Source: Eledone cirrhosa (lineage: Eukaryota). From it: DNA of 64,000 bases. The stretch is from the NCBI GenBank assembly GCA_964016885.1, contig OZ024740.1:264554001-264618000 (forward strand), written 5' to 3'. Below are positions 41,812-54,615 of the stretch, piece by piece. Within the stretch, counting starts at the first letter, position 1, and every line of letters begins with the position of its first letter. Position numbers and translations under genes: made by a program. The notes under the pieces were generated by a model, which did not search any database, was not told the origin of the DNA, and saw nothing but the letters and a program-made list of their open reading frames with translations.

Positions 41812-41908
41812 TATCCTCTTGATAAGTCGGCAAACCCCACAAAAATACTGTATCTCTGTGATGTAGTGTTCTTGCATAATAAGCCACGAAACTACGTAGT
41901 CGAGGATA
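41812..41908 (+). ncRNA. Type I hammerhead with a U3-A8 core and branched helix II
   Basis: UAUCCUC-UUGAUAA-GUcGGC...GCCAC-GAAA-CUACGUAG-UC-GAGGAUA. Helix I is a perfect 7 bp, helix III is the palindrome ACUACGUAGU, triplet GUC. Confidence 0.78.
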
Positions 41909-42821
41909 ATGAGGAAATTTAGGTATGATTTATCGTATTAATTATGTCTAATATTTCTTCTTTCTTCATAATATATTATATATATATATAAGTTAAAACA
42001 ATGAAATAACAATTGAAGTCATTAGGAATATACTTCACTGCTTTACGATCGTTTCTAGGTGATAATAATACATCGTACGCATATTTCGTTATCGATCTAT
42101 GTAAGGTTAGTTACAAATTATCAAATAAGGAATATATTTACCTACTTGTAAATCGTCAGGCGTTGTCAAATACAATGAAAATTTTATTCAAAATCATTAG
42201 TAAATTGATTATATATTGGGAACAGGAGAGAATGCAGATTATGTTTCGGCGAAATCTTGGAAATTGTTAAGTCTAAGGACGATTTATTGAATAAAAGACA
42301 AGACACTGATTATAGCTTGTAATCACCGTATACGAAAAACATTTAAGTACTATAAACCTAATTAAACTTTCTAAATACCAGCTGACTATAGTTCTATGTG
42401 ATGTACTTTTTTGGTAGTATCCCTTCTCCAAATTATAGCCTTCCTGTTAAGTTTTTAACCTTTTAATTTTTTATCTTCCATTGATTCATGCATTACTGAC
42501 TTAGGGCATCAAGGTACATAACCACCAGTAATTGCATGGGTATACGTGTATCTGTGTATGTATGATAAGAATATATATATATATATTAATAAGGTAATGA
42601 ATTCTTTTACAATGGAATCAGTTCGAATTGGGAAAAATATCCCCTGAGCAGTGTATAAATTAATATGTATGTGATGAAACACAGATACCAACACATCTGT
42701 ATATATATTGCAAAAGAAAAATTTAGCCAGATTGAAGTATACTAATTATTATACTACAGTTTGTCCATATCGATTTAAAATAATAAATCAACGGAGACGA
42801 ACTGTATTGCCAAAAGGCCGT

Positions 42822-42949
42822 GATGTTTAGACACATTTAAATTTCAAAATCAAACCTGTTCCGTAGATAAGTTTAGACTTTAAGATCCAAATATGTTTCG
42901 AGTTAAATAAGTGTAGGAATATCATGTCCCGCTCTCCTCAGTAAACATC
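42822..42949 (-). ncRNA. Type I hammerhead ribozyme, array unit 1
   Basis: GAUGUUUA-CUGAGGA-GAG...CUC-GAAA-long helix III-GUC-UAAACAUC. Confidence 0.88.
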
Positions 42950-43339
42950 CAGAGACAAATTGATATGCTTCACTTCTAAATAATTTAAAAGACTGCGTGA
43001 CGCACATGGCTTTACAGTATCTAACTAGTCTCATAACCGTACTGCTAGAAATAACAGTCGTATATATGAGGCGGCTTGCAGCTCAAACTAGGAGCAGTTA
43101 AAATTAATAAGGTAATGAATTCTTTTACAATGGAATCAGCTCGAATGAGGAAAAATATCCCCTGAGCTATGTATAAATTAATATGTATGTGATGAAACAC
43201 AGATACCAACACATCTGTATATATATTGCAAAAGAAAAATTTAGCCAGATTGAAGTATAATAATTATTATACTACAATTTGTCCATATCGATTTAAAATA
43301 ATAAATCAACGGAGACGATCTGTATTGCCAAAAGGCCGT

Positions 43340-43475
43340 GATGTTTAGACACATTTAAATTTCAAAATTTCAAAATCAAACCTGTTCCGTAGATAAGTTT
43401 AGACTTTAAGATCCAAATATGTTTCGAGTTAAATAAGTGTAGGAATATCATGTCCCGCTCTCCTCAGTAAACATC
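43340..43475 (-). ncRNA. Type I hammerhead ribozyme, array unit 2 (8-nt duplication in helix III)
   Basis: Same core and helices I/II as unit 1. Confidence 0.85.
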
Positions 43476-43865
43476 CAGAGACAAATTGATATGCTTCACT
43501 TCTAAATAATTTAAAAGACTGCGTGACGCACATGGCTTTACAGTATCTAACTAGTCTCATAACCGTACTGTTAGAAATAACAGTCATATATATGAGGCAG
43601 CTTGCAGCTCAAACTAGGAGCAGTTAAAATTAATAAGGTAATGAATTCTTTTACAATGGAATCAGCTCGAATGAGGAAAAATATCCCCTGAGCAGTGTAT
43701 AAATTAATATGTCTGTGATGAAACACAGATACCAACATATCTGTATATATATTGCAAAAGAAAAATTTAGCCAGATTGAAGTATACTAAATATTATACTA
43801 CAGTTTGTCCATATCGATTTAAAATAATAAATCAACGGAGACGAACTGTATTGCCAAAAGGCCGT

Positions 43866-43993
43866 GATGTTTAGACACATTTAAATTTCAAAATCGAACC
43901 TGTTCCGTAGATAAGTTTAGACTTTAAGATCCAAATATGTTTCGAGTTAAATAAGTGTAGGAATATCATGTCCCGCTCTCCTCAGTAAACATC
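43866..43993 (-). ncRNA. Type I hammerhead ribozyme, array unit 3
   Basis: Same core and helices I/II as unit 1. Confidence 0.88.
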
Positions 43994-44383
43994 CAGAGAC
44001 AAATTGTTGTGCTTCACTTCTAAATAATTTAAAAGACTGCGTGACGCACATGGCTTTACAGTATCTAACTAGTCTCATAACCGTACTGCTAGAAATAACA
44101 GTCGTATATATGAGGCGGCTTGCAGCTCAAACTAGGAGCAGTTAATATTAATAAGGTAATGAATTCTTTTACAATGGAATCAGCTCGAATGAGGAAAAAT
44201 ATCCCCTGAGCAGTGTATAAATTAATATGTATGTGATAAAACACAGATACCAACACATCGGTATATATATTGCAAAAGAAAAATTTAGCCAGATTGAAGT
44301 ATACTAATTATTATACTACAGTTTGTCCATATCGATTTAAAATAATAAATCAACGGAGACGAACTGTATTGCCAAAAGGCCGT

Positions 44384-44511
44384 GATGTTTAGACACATTT
44401 AAATTTCAAAATCAAACTTGATCCGTAGATAAGTTTAGACTTTAAGATCCAAATATGTTTCGAGTTAAATAAGTGTAGGAATATCATGTCCCGCTCTCCT
44501 CAGTAAACATC
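44384..44511 (-). ncRNA. Type I hammerhead ribozyme, array unit 4
   Basis: Same core. One helix III change converts U-G to U-A. Confidence 0.88.
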
Positions 44512-44636
44512 CAGACACAAATTGATATGCTTCACTTCTAAATAATTTAAAAGACTGCGTGACGCTGGCCAAATTTTTCTTTTGCAATATATATATACAG
44601 ATGTGTTGGTATCTGTGTTTCATCACATACATATTA

Positions 44637-44690
<54 letters not shown>

Positions 44691-45856
44691 CTATATGTGT
44701 ATATGTGTGTCTATGTGTATGTACATGTATGTGTGTGTATATATATATATGTATATATATAAGTATGTATATATATATATGTATGTGTGCGTGTATGTAT
44801 GTATATGTGTATATATATATATATGTATGCGTATGTATGTTTTTAATGGAGTATCTATGTAATTATACCTATATCTATATATGTGAGTATATGTACTTTT
44901 GTGATCTTAGAAATTTATGCGTTTTGGCTATATGTCAACATGCATTTATCTGGGATTGATTACTTATATATTGACCCGCTTGAAAATATTTACTATTTCA
45001 TATTTTATGATACATCATACGCTATACTATACTATATACAATGTACGATAATGCATTCTATTATATTACATTATATTATATTATTAAAATATTGTATTTT
45101 ATTATTTTATTACCTTATTATAATGATCTTCTTTTAATATACAATCCTTCCTAGTTATGACCATTACTTTACCTATCTATATTTATCCTTGTTATTTCCG
45201 TATATTTTATATTTACTTATTTATATTCACCTAAAAATTCCATACAACACAACTCAACATATAATTTTTACATCCCTTTTCAAACTTCACTCCACCAGCT
45301 ACATTTCACTTTCAATACAACAATCCCTTTTCTTCATAGGTTCTTCATAGTAATTCTATTTTTAACACCATTCAACCATTCCTTTCAAATGGTCATGATC
45401 TTAACTAAAGTGAGTTATACTTCGTCTTAACAGCATATGGCAAAACACCATTTGATTGGTTTGTCCTTCAGCTACCTCCAAATAAGGTCATAGAACAGAA
45501 TTTACTATTGATTTTGAATAACATTTTCATTGCTTTTGACAACGGCTGACGATATACACGTAGGTAAATATATTCTTTATTTCATATTTTGTAACTAACC
45601 TTATATAGATCGATAACAAAATATGCGTACGGTATATTATTATCACCTAGAAACGATCGTAAATCAGTGAAGTATACTCCTAATGAGTTGAATTTTTATT
45701 TCATTTTTTTAACTTACATCATGACTGTTTTCCTTTTGATGTTTTATTCTTTTCTGGGATCTATTTTAACGTACAACATTTTCAACATATGGATTACATT
45801 GAGTCTTTCATCCAGACTAGACCCCACAACTGACCGTGGATATTTCTATATATATA

Positions 45857-45931
<75 letters not shown>

Positions 45932-47339
45932 CGAAGGAAATGTGGTAAGGAACCAAGTGGACCATAACGCTCCAAAGTACTCAATACTTAGGGTAGTAGA
46001 GTGGGTATATATATATATATGTATGTATGTATATATATATATATATGAGCTACATGGAATGCTATCGAGTATGCCCAAGATGCAAAGAGAATTCTATAGT
46101 AACAACACCATTTCCTTCATATACTCTGTGCTATAATACAGTGATAATCATATGTTCCAAACCGATGCTGCATTATCCATTTTGCTGGACTATATTGTAA
46201 TACACGTGAAACATAATATGAAGACGGAAACACGCTCTTTACTCAGCAACAATAATAAAATGAAGGCAATCATGATTTAAACTAAATGTAATGCTACGTG
46301 GTAAATTATTCTGTCTTCCAGGTCGCGGGAAAATAAAGTGTCGACACATATTTATATTCTGATAAAAAGAAGAGCTTGACCTTTAATATCTGGAAGGCAG
46401 TGCTGTATCCATTTTTAGTATATATATACTAACTACCTATGTACAGAAAAACAAATGGCTTTCATTCATTAAAGATTTTGCTAGACATTAGCTACAAATA
46501 TTTCTATCGATTATTGTAGAATGGAAGGAAAATAGTGTTCGCATTGTATGTTTTTAAGTTTTAAATCTATTTAAAATACTTGCCAAGTAAATAGAATTGT
46601 ATTCTATTTATAATTTTATATATTGATTACTAAGCATATACAACATATTTCTATGAGAGTATAGGTACCTTTTAATGATTTTAGAAATATAATTGGAATC
46701 GTATGTTCGGGATTGCTAATAAAGGAATTATACCAAAAATTTCTGTGAATGGTATGATGGGTAATTATATGGAAATCTTACTTGACTGGCTCATTACATT
46801 AGTTAATATAGTGTGAGTAAAAGAAAGATAACTTGAATTCAAAATAATAAAAATCCGCTATTGAATGTCACAAGAAAATGTGTCCGATGCTCTTACGATG
46901 CTGTCAATCCACAATTATGTTATATTAATCTCACCAATAACTATGTCTTCGTTTGAAGAATAGACCAATTGTCCAACGTAAAGACTGCACTGAGCTCGTA
47001 TTTGATACCTGTTAATTTAAATTCAGCCAAATTCCTACTACTGAATTTCGAAATGTTTACAATTTTAAGGAATAAATAATTATATAAATAATTCAATAAA
47101 ACAGCAAAACAACAAAATAAGAGAAGAAAAGGAGAGAAAGGGCAATATTGTTAAGCAACAAGAGAAAGAGAGAAGGGAAAAAATGAAAGACTATGTCATC
47201 TATGTCAGAGTGGCGATGCAGTGGCGTCCCGCACACAACATCGCTTAGCCACTGCCGCGGACAATGGCCAGCGACGCACGGAGCTCTTTCCTCACCCGGG
47301 CTGCTTTCATTCTGATTTTATGGAGGTCGGCTGTACGGG

Positions 47340-47600
47340 ATTGGAGAACGCCAGAGGTCTCGACGCCGACCAGTGCACAGGGGAAGCAGCCGGTGTAAGA
47401 TGGTTTGGTAACATCAATGAGCTTGGCTGATCTCGATTGCTGATCCAGCCGGATCAGTTAGAGACGGTTTTTTCTCACGGGACCCGCTGGAAGGAGTGTT
47501 GGAGGACTCTGCCACGGCGACCCTCTCAGTATTATTAGGGCGAAGAAGAAGAAGAAGAAGAAGAAGAAGAAGAAGAAGAAGAAGAAGAAGAAGAAGAAGA
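47340..47600 (+). mobile_element. RTE-like LINE 3' end with (GAA)n tail
   Basis: GAGGACTCTGCC...CGACCCTCTCAG is shared with the 3' end of the 37330 element. RWFGNI remnant. (GAA)n at 47542-47600. Confidence 0.65.
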
Positions 47601-47710
47601 CATGAAAATGATAAGTAAAGTTAAACTTTAATGGGCAGAGATACAGAACGAATACCGCAATGTATTATATTCGATGATCGAAAGATTTCACCAATTTACA
47701 CACACACACT

Positions 47711-47817
<107 letters not shown>

Positions 47818-47873
47818 GTGTGTGTGATGTGTGTCTGTGTTTGCCTGTGTGTATTCACGGATACAGCTCGCTA

Positions 47874-48052
47874 TACGAGGGTTGGCTGAAAAGTTCCTAG
47901 GTTGAATATGAAGGTGTGATGCTATACTGGGAAATGTCAGCTCAATAACTGCATTGTTTTTTTACCAGGGTCTATATTGAAAAATAAACCTCATTTGATC
48001 ATTCCATGAGACTATCTTAGTCAGCCTAGGAAACTTTCAGCCGATGCTCATA
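47874..48052. mobile_element. Tc1/mariner-type MITE
   Basis: Terminal inverted repeats TACGAGGGTTGGCTGAAAAGTTCCTAGG / CCTAGGAAACTTTCAGCCGATGCTCATA with TA at both ends. Confidence 0.75.
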
Positions 48053-48512
48053 TGTAAACATGTCGGAACAACCTGCAACACTACTATTCCAGGCATTCCT
48101 TATTCTGCCATTCTCTTGATTGAATCTAAGGAGATGAGAGTCAATATTCAAAACCAATTGTGAAATACGATATGACGGAAAGAAAGCTTGAGAAAACAAA
48201 CAGAGAGCGATAGACTGAGTCGAAGAAGAGAATAGAAGAAAATAACGGGACTATTGATTCGAATAACGAGACTTAAACTATGTACATTTTATTAGCATTA
48301 ATCTATAGGGATAAAATATATAGACCAAGGCATTTTCTTCTCTTTTATTTATTTATCGATTTATATATTTTGAATGTGCGCACACACATGCACTAGTACT
48401 TATATGTAAATATATGTGTGTATGCATATATGTTTATTTATCTATTTATTTCTCTCTCTCTCTTTCTCTCTCTCTCTTTTTCTCTCTTCCTCTCTTTGTA
48501 TATATATATATA

Positions 48513-51500
48513 TAGTAATAATAATAATTTTGAAGACTAAAATCCAAAGAGGGTTCGATAAGGATACATATATATCAAATATATAATAACCGTAGAGCCA
48601 ATATTTATTAAAATAACAGATTAAAGTTTAATCAAAGAATCGCTGCTTTCACTCTTAACGGGATCTTCTGAAACAAAGAAAGTCAATCTGTGAACGCAGA
48701 AGTGAATATTTAAAAAAACGTTGCAACCGGAGGAAGACGGGAAGACGATATATTTGGTTCGTGGAAACGTTCCCTGGCAAAGAACGGGAACATTTATTAT
48801 TATTACTATTTGGCTCCCTCGGTTGAGCACTCTATTGATTTATATTCATCATGCAGAAACAACATCTGAATATTTATACAAAGAACATACTCGTACCAAG
48901 CAGGAAAACATACCTAAAACTCCTGATACAGAAAACAGACGCGTTCATTAAAAGGTTGCTTCGGCGTGCCTTTTATTTCGATAATCAGGGAAAAGCAGAC
49001 AACAAACAGGATAAATTTGGGTTTAAAACCTATAATAACCCCCCGTGTAACCCAGCATTGCTACCCTTCGAAAATGATGTCTTGGAATTCATACGGAGTA
49101 TCAAATTTCGGAATAGGAGCAATTCCTTCCAGCTGGATCTGAAGAATAGAATTCGTTCTATTAAGGATTCTAATGCCGTGCACGTCCATTCCGACAAAAC
49201 TGGCACTCTATATCAAGTGGAGCGCAGTACTTACCATCAACTGCTACATAATGCTATAACTAAGGATTACCGTAAAACTAATCGGAGCGTCATTAATGAA
49301 ATCAACGATGCTGGGTTTAAAATCACCTCTGATCTCAACATCCTGGACCGAACTGAACCTCAGGACCCTATTTCTCCCCACTTTACCCTGAAGGATCACA
49401 AATCCCATTTTCGAACAACCCCTCTATTCGGCTTCTAAAACCTACGAAGTCCGATTTAGATAGACTTAGTAAAAGGATTCTTGATAGAATTATACCTGAA
49501 ATTAGAAATTTGGTTTCGCGGTGATTGATTGGTTCAACGGCATATGCAACAAGGTACATTGCCGTTTTATCCAATTCGACATCAATAATTACTACTCCTC
49601 CATCAGTTTACCACTTCTCCTTAGAGCTATCAATTTCGCTAAAACACTCACAGTGGTTAAGGATTTCGAAGTTGATGTCATCCTCAATGCCCGTAAGTCG
49701 GTGATTAATTTCGACGACTCAATTGGATTAAAAAATCTAATAGTACTCCATTGGACGTGAGTATGGGCGCCAGCGATTCGGCGGAGGTTACTGATCTTAT
49801 CGGCCTTTTCCTTCTTTTCACTATCAAGGAAAAATGCCCTAACGTGGGCGTCGGTTTGTACCGTGATGGTGGTCTTTTGATCACGATTAAGTGCGGCCCA
49901 TGTGCTTGCGACAGGTTCAGAAAAGAACTCACAGACTTCTTTAAAGGCTTCAACCTCTCCATACAGGTTGAGGCCAACCTCTCAGTCGTTAATTACCTCG
50001 ACGTTACCCTCAATGTATCGAATGGCTTGCATTACCTGTATAGAAAGCTGAATGATACGCTTAATTACATAAGTGAGCATTCTAACCATCCTGCCAGCAT
50101 AGCCAAGAACCTGGTAAGAAACGTTTCTTTGAGGCTTTCCCGTCTATCTACAAACGAGCATATTTTCAACGACCATTCCACATATTACAATGAAGCACTT
50201 GCTCGGAGTGGATTTGTCGATAAGGTAGCATATACAGAGTACGAGAATAGACCTAGAAGAAATAGATCCCGACGCATTATATGGTATAACACACCATATT
50301 ATATGGAGGTGGCCACACCATTAGCTAAGATCTTTCTCTCCATTATTATGCAGCATTTTCTCCCTACACATAAATATAGTAACATTTTTGATAGAAATAT
50401 TATTAAAATGTCTTACTCTACGACTACTAACCTTGCACATAATATCACAGCTTCAAATTTAGCTAAACTACCTAGCCGTAGGAACACGTGCAACCCTGTA
50501 GTTAGTACTAACTGTAATTGTAGAAATCGGGTTGACTGCCCCCTATTCGGGAAATGCCTCTCTAGTAACATTGTCTACAAATGTAAGATTGAAACATCCA
50601 CGTACTATAGGGCCTACATAGGGTTACCCGCCAATAGATTCAAGCAGCGTTTTTACATGCATACCCATTCTTTTTGTTACACTTTAAGAAGGAATATGAC
50701 GTCACTTTCAGCTTATATCTGGAGTCAAAATGACAACCACACCCAATATAATTTACACTGGGAGATCCTAGCTAAAGCTAGATCCTATAACGGAAATAAA
50801 AGACCATGTGACCTGTGCGCCGCTGAAGCCCTGAGGCAATTTCGGCTTGTAAACATAAATTGCACAAAACTTTCCTGTATTACAGCCCCACACAGTACGA
50901 ACTATACGCGGATATTTTACGTCTTGATGTGGTAGCTAAGTATATGTTATGTTTATATCATTATTTATTTGTATAGGTAAGTATATATTACCTGTGTTTT
51001 GTGAAGGTACATATACTTTCTCGTACGTATATTTGATTGTATATGTTATGGCGTATATATTATATATTCTGGTACATATGGTGTTGGTTATGTGTCTACA
51101 TGAGTTTTGCGGTTCGTACGTATGTAGGGTGTGTGTATATGTGTACTTCGTGTTTTGGTTGACGTAATCTCCGAACATATGAGTATTTACATGTAGGTAT
51201 GTGTGTGCGTTTGTTATATACGTAATTATTTATTTATATACGTTTATTTAATTATATGTATACACGCACACACACAAACACATATATATATATATATATT
51301 TTTATATATATTTTTATGTGTATTTTGTGTATACATTTGTATGCGTGCGGGTACAGGCGTTGCGTGGGTTTTGTATGTGCGTGCGGATTTCTTTTATTTT
51401 GTGTACGTGCGTGTATTTGTATACCTATGGCGAGTGTTTTCGCGTATGCTTGTGTATGTACGTATATGTATGCGTGTATGTATTTACTCTATACTAAATA
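48513..51500 (+). mobile_element. Penelope-like element (Naiad-like), near full-length coding region, with inverted module X at the 5' end (48513-48790)
   Basis: Frameshifted RT-GIY-YIG ORF 48851-50935 preceded by an oppositely oriented terminal module. Confidence 0.9.
48851..50935 (+). pseudogene. PLE reverse transcriptase + GIY-YIG endonuclease (frameshifted)
   Basis: SDKT, TLKDHK, IQFDINNYYSSI, MGASDSAEVTDLIG, GLYRDG (for YRDD), NYLDVTL, SNHP, CNCR...CPLFGKC...VYKC...YIG...RFYMH. Confidence 0.92.
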
Positions 51501-51519
51501 GAAGCAAAAACCTCTGCAT

Positions 51520-52800
51520 GGCTAGTATGTCCTTCGTTGCAAAGAACCTGGTGTAGATTAAATACTCATCTATCAGTGGCAGTGGTGTTCTGGTCTAAAA
51601 TCAGAGATTGGAGTTTCATATTGTTAAGAAATCAGGCCGTCCTGGCCCTGTCGAGACATAGGCAGCCACTAGCTTAAAAGCATAGCCTTTGCTGCTGGTC
51701 ACGTTCAGCATCACCAACTAACCTTCTGGATCTAGAAATATGGTCCGTATTGTGAGATCAAGGCCTTTCCGAAATAACACAGCGACTCCACCCCCAGATC
51801 CTGGATGGCTTGGAGATGCGTACCCATCAAACTGCTGAAGATGGGTGCCAAAGTTTATGTGTCGGAAATTCTGGTCTCGCTGATGGCCACCACATCTATG
51901 TATAGTTACCTGACGTCGTTAAGCAGATGACCCTACTTCCAAGACAATCCCAGTCCACGTGTATTTACACTGCCTCTATGTTCGATAATTCGATAAAGAA
52001 GAGGAATAATTGGGAAAGGCTTCCTACCTTAGACGTTTGGGGAGGGACCATCTGTCCTTCCCCCTGGCCACATGTGGGTTCGTTTCGAATATGTCTCCGT
52101 CTATCCTTCAGGATAGTTTCCTTAGGTATTCATCAATTGCCTACAGAATTTATTTTTTATTTGTATTTTCGTACGTTTTTTTATCTATGTTTATTATTTT
52201 TTTGTGTGTGGGTGTTGCGAATTTTTGGGGTGTTATGTTTGTGTTTCTGAAATGCTTGTTTGGGATGTTGTTGGTGTCTACGATGTCTGTTGTAATATTA
52301 ATGGTGGTGGTTGCGGGGTTGTCGGTGTTGATGGTGGTTGTTGTAGTATTGGTGGTGCTAGTGCTGGTGCTAGTTGTGGTGCTAGTGGAAGTAGTGGTGG
52401 TGGTGCTGTTGACGTTGGTGTAGGTGTTGGTAATAGTTGCCTTAAGGCTTTAGCGTTTTTAGCTTCATTTTTTAAGGTGTAGTCAGTGAGTTTTTTCTCT
52501 TTTTGATATTGTGAGAGACGGTTTTTCACACCGCACCTTCTTCAAGTCGGGTAGGAAAATGTTTTCCACGTTCGTGGTTGCTGCTGTTGATGGTGGTGCT
52601 GATGCTCCAGTCGCTGTCCTGTTTGTTGCTGCTGCTATTCCTGCCTCTTTTGCTTGGTGTGGTTGTAGAGGTTTTGGTCTTGTTGATGTTGTTGATGCTG
52701 CGTGTAGTATGTATGTAATAGTGCGCCTTTAAGTTCTTTTATTCCCTCCCTGTTTAGGGAAGAAAGCCCTTAGATGGGTGATTGCACCACATATATGATA
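51520..52800 (-). mobile_element. Tx1/L1-clade LINE, copy 3 (ORF1 3' part plus APE N-terminus), decayed
   Basis: 51600-51960 matches 2080-2440 (e.g. TTCTGGTCTCGCTGATGGCCAC.ACATCTATG). 52753-52800 encodes ICGAITHLRAFFP. Confidence 0.85.
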
Positions 52801-53018
52801 TCAGGCCCATTCATGTTGCAATCTCTTGTAAAACTATTGATACTGAAGTTACACGCACGCACACACATACACACACACACACACACATACACACACTCAC
52901 TCACACACACACACACACACACATACACACACTCACACACATTTTATATATATATATATATGTTGATTTGAAACTATACTATTCACAAGTGTTTTTTAAC
53001 CTTCATATCATGTCTCCC

Positions 53019-53069
53019 TATTTTATCTGACGAAATGATATTTGTTTATGAAATGCGCATAATAAAATA
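53019..53069 (+). ncRNA. Type I hammerhead ribozyme motif, intact core
   Basis: UAUUUUAU-CUGACGA-a-AUGA...UUAU-GAAA-UGCGCA-UA-AUAAAAUA. Helix I is a perfect 8 bp and helix III is palindromic. A partial homolog lies at ~23790-23820 on the minus strand. Confidence 0.8.
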
Positions 53070-53108
53070 CATGGAACTCTTTTAACCATCTTTTGATCTT
53101 ATATACAT

Positions 53109-53144
<36 letters not shown>

Positions 53145-53152
53145 CATATATG

Positions 53153-53186
<34 letters not shown>

Positions 53187-53259
53187 CGAATATATATATA
53201 CATACATTATATATATATATATATACACACACATATTTGTATATATATGTATGTATATA

Positions 53260-53398
<139 letters not shown>

Positions 53399-53496
53399 GT
53401 GCATACATATATATACACATATATATCTATATATATATATATATATATATATACATACATATATCTATATACATATATATATGTACATATATATAT

Positions 53497-54332
53497 AGAA
53501 ACAAAAATATAGTGTACATAGGTGAGACAGCTCGTAGTATAGGGGAACGAATAAATGAACACTGGCGAGACCTTCAAGATAATAAAGAATCATATGTGCT
53601 CTACCAACATGCTAAGATAGAACACAGGGGTAGATTAGAGAACATAGAAATAAAAATAGAATCCACACACAGAAAAGATCCAATGTTTAGGCAAATTACA
53701 GAGGCAGTAAGCATAAAAGAATTACAACCAAAATTAAATAGAAAATATGAGTGGAACAGCAACATCACAACTTACAATTAAGGACAAAATGAAAACACAC
53801 ACACACATAGAACAAACAACTTACAATTAAGGACAAACTGAAAACACACACAGGACAAAATGAAAACACACACACACATAGAACAAACGACCAACCAACA
53901 ATAAATAAATAAATAAATAAATAAACAAATAGATAAATGAACACAAACACACACAGACACCCGGATGTGGCGCATGCGCAAACTGAGCACACAACACACA
54001 CACAGAAACAAAATGGCGTAGGATAGAAGAAAGGAAAGGCACAGAAACAAAGAAAGGAATCCCCAGTCACTGAAGAGGTCACAGAGTGTGTGACGAAAGG
54101 ACTATGACTATATATAAACAACTATCTGGTTGTGGAACCAACCAACCAACCAGAAATTTATAAGTTTGTAGATTTGTAAATTAATAAATTTATAAATATA
54201 TAATAAATTTAAGTGAAGCAGCTGGTGCGTGTGTTTCTTATTGGCAACATGACCCTCCCAATATATAACAATATCGGTTTCAACACACGATTTCAGATAA
54301 AGAATCTTGCTAAACAAATTCAGAAACGAAAT
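53497..54332 (+). mobile_element. PLE 3' fragment: GIY-YIG, terminal repeat with HHR, and probable ORF-start tail
   Basis: [17 protein letters not shown]...LYQHAKIEH...[17 protein letters not shown] (53497-53781), HHR at 54065, embedded in (TA)n. Confidence 0.88.
54065..54109 (+). ncRNA. Minimal type I hammerhead ribozyme
   Basis: AGUCA-CUGAAGA-g-GUCACAgagugUGUGAC-GAAA-GGAC-UA-UGACU. Helix I 5 bp, helix II 6 bp. Confidence 0.82.
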
Positions 54333-54549
54333 ATATTTATATATATATACATATATAAACATATATATATATACATATATATATATATACATACATACAT
54401 ATATATATACACACATATATTTCTACATATATATATATACATACACACATATACATATATATATATATGTACATATATATATACATATACATATATATAT
54501 ATACATATATATATATACATATACACATACACACATAAATATATATATA

Positions 54550-54615
<66 letters not shown>

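Larger units (their letters stand above)
42585..44643 (-). mobile_element. Retrozyme-like tandem array: 518/526/518-bp units plus a partial unit and a 78-bp inverted tail
   Basis: Units start at 42585, 43103, 43629 and 44147 and are nearly identical. There is no long ORF, and each unit has one HHR. 44566-44643 is an inverted copy of part of the unit. (TA)n lies on both sides. Confidence 0.85.

Noticed and set aside
50505-50590. Selenocysteine recoding reported for some Naiad PLEs
   Set aside because: The Cys codons in the CNC/CP/C linker here and at ~25735-25785 are ordinary TGT/TGC, with no in-frame TGA at those positions.
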